Assembly (NCBI GenBank): GCA_002269645.1
Contig: NIVC01001989.1
Span: forward strand, 62,001 to 126,000
DNA: 64,000 nt
Reading direction: 5' to 3'
Source: Macrostomum lignano
Taxonomy: Eukaryota
Below the pieces are notes generated by a model. The model saw only the letters and a program-made list of their open reading frames with translations. It searched no databases and was not told the origin of the DNA. The translations under genes were made by a program, and so were the position numbers. Numbering within the stretch: the first letter of the stretch is position 1; every line of letters begins with the position of its first letter. Of the stretch, positions 50,341 to 64,000 are shown piece by piece.

Positions 50341-50654
50341 GCATCAATTTGCAAACAGGACATAGATTCTTTCTGATTTACCTTGCAGATGACAACTATC
50401 AGGCAATTATCAATAATTAAGCTTGACTTCAAGAGCCAAAGACAGCTTAACAGCTTAGTACATTTGTCCGTTTTCATCTTGTTAAAAAAAGTTTCACTTC
50501 CTACGAAACCAGTGAAGTGTACGGTTTCCGAATTCCCGATGCGGAAATCAACATACAATATGATCGTAGCGGGTGCTTTTGAAAGAACTAAATTTCAAAG
50601 TTAAAATCTCACCTAACTTCAAAACGCATAAATATCATCGGACTAAAATTTAAT

Positions 50655-51485
50655 AAGACCTAAGCCTCACAATACCTAAACTTCACAAGACCTAAACTTT
50701 ACAAGACCAAACTTCACAAGACCTAAACTTCACAAGACCTAAACTTTACAAGACCAAACTTCACAAGACCTAAACCTCACAAGACCTAAACCTCACAAGA
50801 CCTAAATTTCACAAGACCTAAACCTCACAAGACCTAAACTTCACAAGACCTAAACTTCACAAGACCTAAACTTTACAAGACCAAACTTCACAAGACCTAA
50901 ACCTCACAAGACCTAAACCTCACAAGACCTAAATTTCACAAGACCTAAACCTCAAAAGACCTAAACCTCACAAGACCTAAACTTCACAAGACCTAAACTT
51001 CACCATACCTAAACTTCACAATACCTAAACTTTACAAGACCTAAGCCTCACAAGACCTAAACTTCACAAGACCTAAACTTCACAAGACCTAAACTTTACA
51101 AGACCAAACTTCACAAGACCTAAACCTCACAAGACCTAAACCTCACAAGACCTAAATTTCACAAGACCTAAACCTCAAAAGACCTAAACCTCACAAGACC
51201 TAAACTTCACAATACCTAAACTTCACAATACCTAAACTTTACAAGACCTAAACTTCAAAAGACCTAAACTTCACAAGACCTAAACTTCACAAGACCTAAA
51301 CTTCACAAGACCTAAACCTCACAATACCTAAACTTCACAGGACCTAAACCTCAAAAGACCTAAACCTCACAAGACCTAAACCTCACAAGACCTAAACCTC
51401 AAAAGACCTAAACCTCACAAGACCTAAACTTCACAGGACCTTAACTTCACAAGACTAACTTTTCGCAACACCTAAATCTCACAGG
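50655..51485. repeat. 16-bp repeat CACAAGACCTAAACTT upstream of TAF12
   Basis: About 50 units. Confidence 0.95.
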
Positions 51486-52604
51486 ACATTCGAGAGCATT
51501 GGAGATTCGCGGGTGATCCGGAGCTGATCTAATCTAGTTCAAAATGCTTAAATCAAAGAAAAAACTTCTGTATCTGAAAACTTAGAAATAAAATAAAATA
51601 ATGAAAACTGCAAACAAGGGTCGAGTCAAATAGACATTGGCACACGGCCTCAGCCACATGCTGATAGGTCGGTACGGGCATGCGGAATCAGATTTATGTA
51701 TAATATATGAGTATAAGAGGCATCCCGAGAAAATACACTTACCATTTTAATAAGTAAAAAAAGTGCATACTGTTTAAAAAAACAATTTGAAGCAATATAA
51801 AGATTACCAGTAATTACAGCCGCGTGTTAAATAACTATAGTGAAAACAATAGGCATTGTACAATAACTGTTGCAGGCAGCAAGTTTATAAAAAAACTTTG
51901 GCTAAGTAAATAATAAAAGTTCGAGTGTTAGCGCAGAGGTTAATCAGATCAAGAGAAATGCAAATTAGCATAGAGCCTGTATAATTAGTTACTATATAAA
52001 TATAATATTGAATGGAAGACCCATACATACTACTCATAGAAGAACAATAGTAGTAAGAATAAAAGTAGTGAGCAGTAGTGGCATGGCGCAGATCCAAATA
52101 TAGACAAAATGGGAAAATGGGAATAGAGTGGCAAATAATGAATGTAAAAATACTGAACAAATAAATACTTTTCTTGCATACTATTAGTAGGCTAGATCAC
52201 ATGAAATAAGTAAATAAATTCATTGGAAACTGTTGGAAGGCGCATAACAAATCAACTTTGCTAATACATACTTTGATAAATAGTGTATAAAAAATTCTAG
52301 AAATGATCAATAGCGGCATAATTACAAAAGATTCAAAACTCTGATTTGTAGCAATTCGTTAGCAAAATATCGAAAATATCAAAAATTTGCAATGGCGATT
52401 ACGAACTAGGATCAGAGGAATATCATTATAGGAAGTGCTTTGCAAAAAACCGATTTTCGGTAGATATGCTTTTATTGTGCATGTACAAGCTATATATGCA
52501 TTTACGTATGCAGCGATTAGGTCAGCTAAACTTCTTGACCACCTAGATTTGAAAGTTGTCGATGAAAGCGTTGTATAAAGCCTATTACAAATTTAGGGGG
52601 GGGG

Positions 52605-53035
52605 TTCATAACTCCGACACTTCATATCTCCGACACGTTATATTTCCGACATTCCATAACTCAGACACTTCATATCATCGACACTTCATATCTCCGACAC
52701 TTCATATTTCCGACACTTCATATCTCTGACAATTCATATCTCCGACACTTCATATCTCTGACAATTCATATCTTCGACACTTCATATCATCGACACTTCA
52801 TATTTCCGACACTTCATATCTCCGACACGTTATATTTCCGACATTCCATAACTCAGACACTTCATATCATCGACACTTCATATCTCCGACACTTCATATC
52901 TTCGACACTTCATATCTTCGACACTTCAGTTTAGCAGCCTCTTTCACAATTTTGAAACTTCATATCTCCGTTAGGGTTACACTCAGGCTTAGGTTTGGGC
53001 TTAGGGTTAAGCTTGTCGGAGAAATGAAATCACCT
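52605..53035. repeat. ~17-bp repeat TCCGACACTTCATATC followed by TTAGGGTT motifs and one inverted unit
   Basis: Array ~52605-52970; TTAGGG-like motifs ~52971-53010; TGTCGGAGAAATGAA at ~53014-53028 is an inverted unit. Confidence 0.8.
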
Positions 53036-53120
53036 AATGAATTTGTCAACTCCAAAAGATGAATAACGAACGCCCGTCCAAAAAAATGTTGGGGAGGGTC
53101 AGCTGACCACCTTGCCCACC

Positions 53121-60873
<7,753 letters not shown>

Positions 60874-61430
60874 TGGCATTCTAAGAAAGTAGCTGGATTG
60901 CTGGAACGTTAGGGACAAACGAGTAGGATATCTCTGCGCTGCACTATTATCGCGAAAAGACCTTCATCAAGCTAAGATTGAATAGGTCTCCGCTCTCCAT
61001 GCGTCAATTCAAAATCAATCCCCATGAAGAATCTCTCCCTAAAACACCCATTCCCCATGCCCCAGTGGTTGGCTTTAAGCTACATTTGATATATTTGGGT
61101 TGAAGCTATATAAGAATAAAGCCTAAATTTGAAATCAGCACCATCAAAAACCCCTTGGTCCTTGAGACAAGATCATGATCCTATCAAAACTGCAACTGCA
61201 ACTAATTTATCAATTTTAAACCTGAAGAAGTCCTTATATTTCTGAATGTATTAGCGAGAAGCGGGATTTGTAACAAATATAGGGCGACTTATTTATATAC
61301 GTAGATAAAGGAAGAGGATTTCTCATCTAAGAATTCTGCTGCTTTTAAGAATTCAAAGATCAAATGATACGTATGCTCAATAGAATAGTCAGTTTAATTC
61401 CAACTTCCACCATTGCTACATTGATTCCTC

Positions 61431-61837
61431 TACACCTTTCTACTTTCTATTTTGAAAAATCTGCACCACAGATACTATATAACTCTGCACTCAATATTGA
61501 CATATTTGTATTCAATTTTGACAGTCTGTGGTATCGCTTGTAGAAATATTCAACCTATTTTGACAACTCTGTCAAAAATGGATGCACATATACAAGTTTT
61601 GTTCCATAGACGGCGAGAAAAAGGCACTGTTTTGTACCCCGGTGTCAAAATTGAATGCAAATTGTTAATAAAAGGTTGGAGTTTGTCATTTTCGGTTGAA
61701 AATCGTGATTATTGCATTTGAGTTTGTCCAAATTGCAGGTTGAAAATTTCTCAAGCGATACCACAGACTGTCAAAATTGAATGCAAAGATGTCAATATTG
61801 AGTGCAGGTTTTTCAAAATAGAAAGTTAAAAGGTGTA
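61431..61837. mobile_element. MITE with ~100-bp terminal inverted repeats and TA flanks
   Basis: TA-CACCTTT...TTTTGACAGTCTGTGGTATCGCTTG (61431-61540) versus CAAGCGATACCACAGACTGTCAAAA...AAAGGTG-TA (61752-61837). Confidence 0.75.
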
Positions 61838-62036
61838 GTGATATGCCAAAGTTAGCCTCAGATATTTCTCAGACAAGTGATTCATAGTGAGCTTTCATCT
61901 ATGCTTAATCAACTCTATGGTCCCAGCCAGAGGCCTCAGGGACCAACCAGTTAAATAAAGAAAGCATGCGTTTTGCTTAAAACCGATATCGTTTTAATAA
62001 GAGCGAGCAGACTAAATAAGAAGTCGGACGATCAAA

Positions 62037-64000
62037 ATGTCGGCCATGCGCCACCTGCCCGACCCACCGGAGTACCTGGACCCACTGAGTGACTTAGACG
62101 GCAGTCACTATTATGCTGTGCCGAAATTTTTCAGCTACAATCATCCCAACACTCGATGGCTAATGAGCATGCTGGTTCACAATCGCATCGAAGGCATAAT
62201 TCGCAAAATGGAGCTAACGCCAGCACTGTTTAACAACGCTTATTATCAACTGGCAGACGATCCCAGACTCTACCATGGACCGCATAGCAACCAACCACCC
62301 GTGTTTCACAAACAGGCTGTACTTTACTTCACTACTCTGGCCGCTGCTATCTATCTGTGCGAGGTGAGCTATCTGAGATAGGTACTACTGGAGTGACTGT
62401 AGATTAAGGAACTATCGCTGTGACCAAATAGAGCAACGTACCAGTAGGCACACGAAATCCACAGAATTGTTATAAATTTGGTTTCAACTCTTTGCAGTCA
62501 ATTTTTTTTTATTCAATCGCTTTAAGCCGAGAAAGTAGAAAGAGCGTATTTTATTTTCGCAAATTTATGTACATTAGAATATAAATCGTATAGCTTAATT
62601 GATGACAGACACCGCAAGAATGAATCGCAAAAATTCGCAGGACGAACACTGCGTAGATTCTCTGCTTAATTACCGAGACACCTACAAGGAGCCAATGTAC
62701 AGTGCAAACTCTGTACAGTACGCAACCCACGTGCAGAGTCCACAGACTGGCGATTTGCACGCATTCCCAGTCTACGTGATAATGCTACGCTGTTGCAAGT
62801 TTAACTGCGCTCTGGCACTGCTGCGCCACGGTTGGGCGGCTACTCAACCCCTGGCTATGCCGCTAAGGCGACTGCGCGAGAGACGAATCCTGCGCGTGGC
62901 CGACTGGCTGGACTACGCGCTGCTGCTGCTGACCGAGCGGCCCACTTATCCTCTGCCAGCGCTGGCCGCTGCCATGGCCCGCGACCCAATGCTGTGGCCT
63001 CGCGGTCGTCTGCCGATTTCGCAACTATTGAGCGGTAATGTACCTGGCGAAGATGCTGCACAGCACCGCGAGCTGATATTAGACGCTGACGATTTGATAT
63101 TGGTGCCGGAGAATCGACAGCAGCAGCCAACAATTCTAGGAGCTAGAACTCTGGCTGAGCTAGTTAAGGACTACGGCAGATACCAGCGAGCCAAGTAGGA
63201 ATCCTTTGTTTATTCGATTGCTCGCATATTAGCTGAACAATTTTACGTAGACCTCTTTGAAATTTAGAGCGAAGTTGCTTTACTCTCAGGCTGGTCCTTA
63301 AGCCGGGTCAGTTAGTTTAAAGAATTAATTTTAAAAGACAGCAAAACTCAATATAGAAGACGCAAAAAAATATGAGAAAACTTTGATTTAAGCTGGTTTT
63401 GACAGAAAACTTGGAAATAAATCAGGACGCTAGCTTTTATTTTCGATATTTATTTTCTGTAGTTTACGATCAGCGAACTTTTCGTAAACTACAGAGTTAG
63501 TATTGGAACTATTCGAGCTAAAATTTACCCTTAACTATTGTCGAAAAACCAGAAGCGTTACAGCCTTCTACTAGCCTCAAGCAGCCGTTTGCATACTGAA
63601 GACGATCATTCTCATTTCTGATTGCAGACAGCTGTGCTTAGAAGCGCGCGCTCAGCTTCGTCGCGGCCGCGCGCAAGGCATTGAGCCGGAGCATCTGCTG
63701 GCGCAGAGCCTGGACTACAGCGCCGCATACCGAAGGCCGGTGCCCCGACCTGTTGAATCACCAATCCTTGAATTTGCGCTTGGCAACACCGAAGCCAAGG
63801 GCAGTTGCTGCAACACGGGCAGTAACAACAGCGCCAGGAAGTCGTCCAGCTTAACAGCAGCTGACGAAGAGCAGTCTGGCAACTACGCTTCAGATCCGGT
63901 GCGCATCCTGCACCATGCGCTGGAGCGGGACAGGCAGGGAAAAAGTGGCCGACAATGCTCCGAAGCTGCCGATGTGTACATCAAACGTGGCTACTTCATG
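62037..64000 (+). CDS. Uncharacterised protein, runs off the window; possibly divergent ankyrin-like repeats
   Basis: Phase-consistent exons 62037-62363, 62641-63194, 63628->64000 (last is stop-free to the edge). Exon 2 could instead end at the TAG 63196-63198. No family recognised. Confidence 0.6.

Noticed and set aside
52971-53010. TTAGGG motifs as a telomere or interstitial telomeric array
   Set aside because: Only a few scattered degenerate units embedded in another repeat.
60875-60975. Upstream ASAP exon directly beyond the duplicated block
   Set aside because: No frame gave BAR-like sequence with a compatible donor.

Overview
Eukaryotic (invertebrate animal) genomic DNA: GC-rich exons, GT-AG introns, and very dense tandem repeats. 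The style suggests a Macrostomum-type flatworm draft assembly, but that is an unverified inference. Genes reconstructed by hand: an intronless SLC16/MCT transporter split by one -1 frame break (8168-10236, +); an intronless secreted ependymin-like protein (10882-11550, -); a 21-exon type IV diacylglycerol kinase (DGK zeta/iota, rdgA-like; 21516-45731, +) with a candidate alternative first exon (16978-17060) and an intronless FABP nested antisense in intron 2; two-exon TAF12 (-); an ASAP-type ArfGAP (-) whose 5' exons were not found and whose middle exons appear twice across a 7-N gap (probably an assembly artefact); and an unidentified + strand gene running off the right edge. Mobile DNA: a 5'-inverted RTE-like LINE with an 11-bp TSD, a tRNA/CORE-type SINE with a 15-bp TSD, a Gag remnant, and several inverted-repeat elements. 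The most striking pattern is that most long introns carry their own private minisatellite. Several repeat units are built from the splice junction itself, giving tens of reiterated 5' or 3' splice-site copies.
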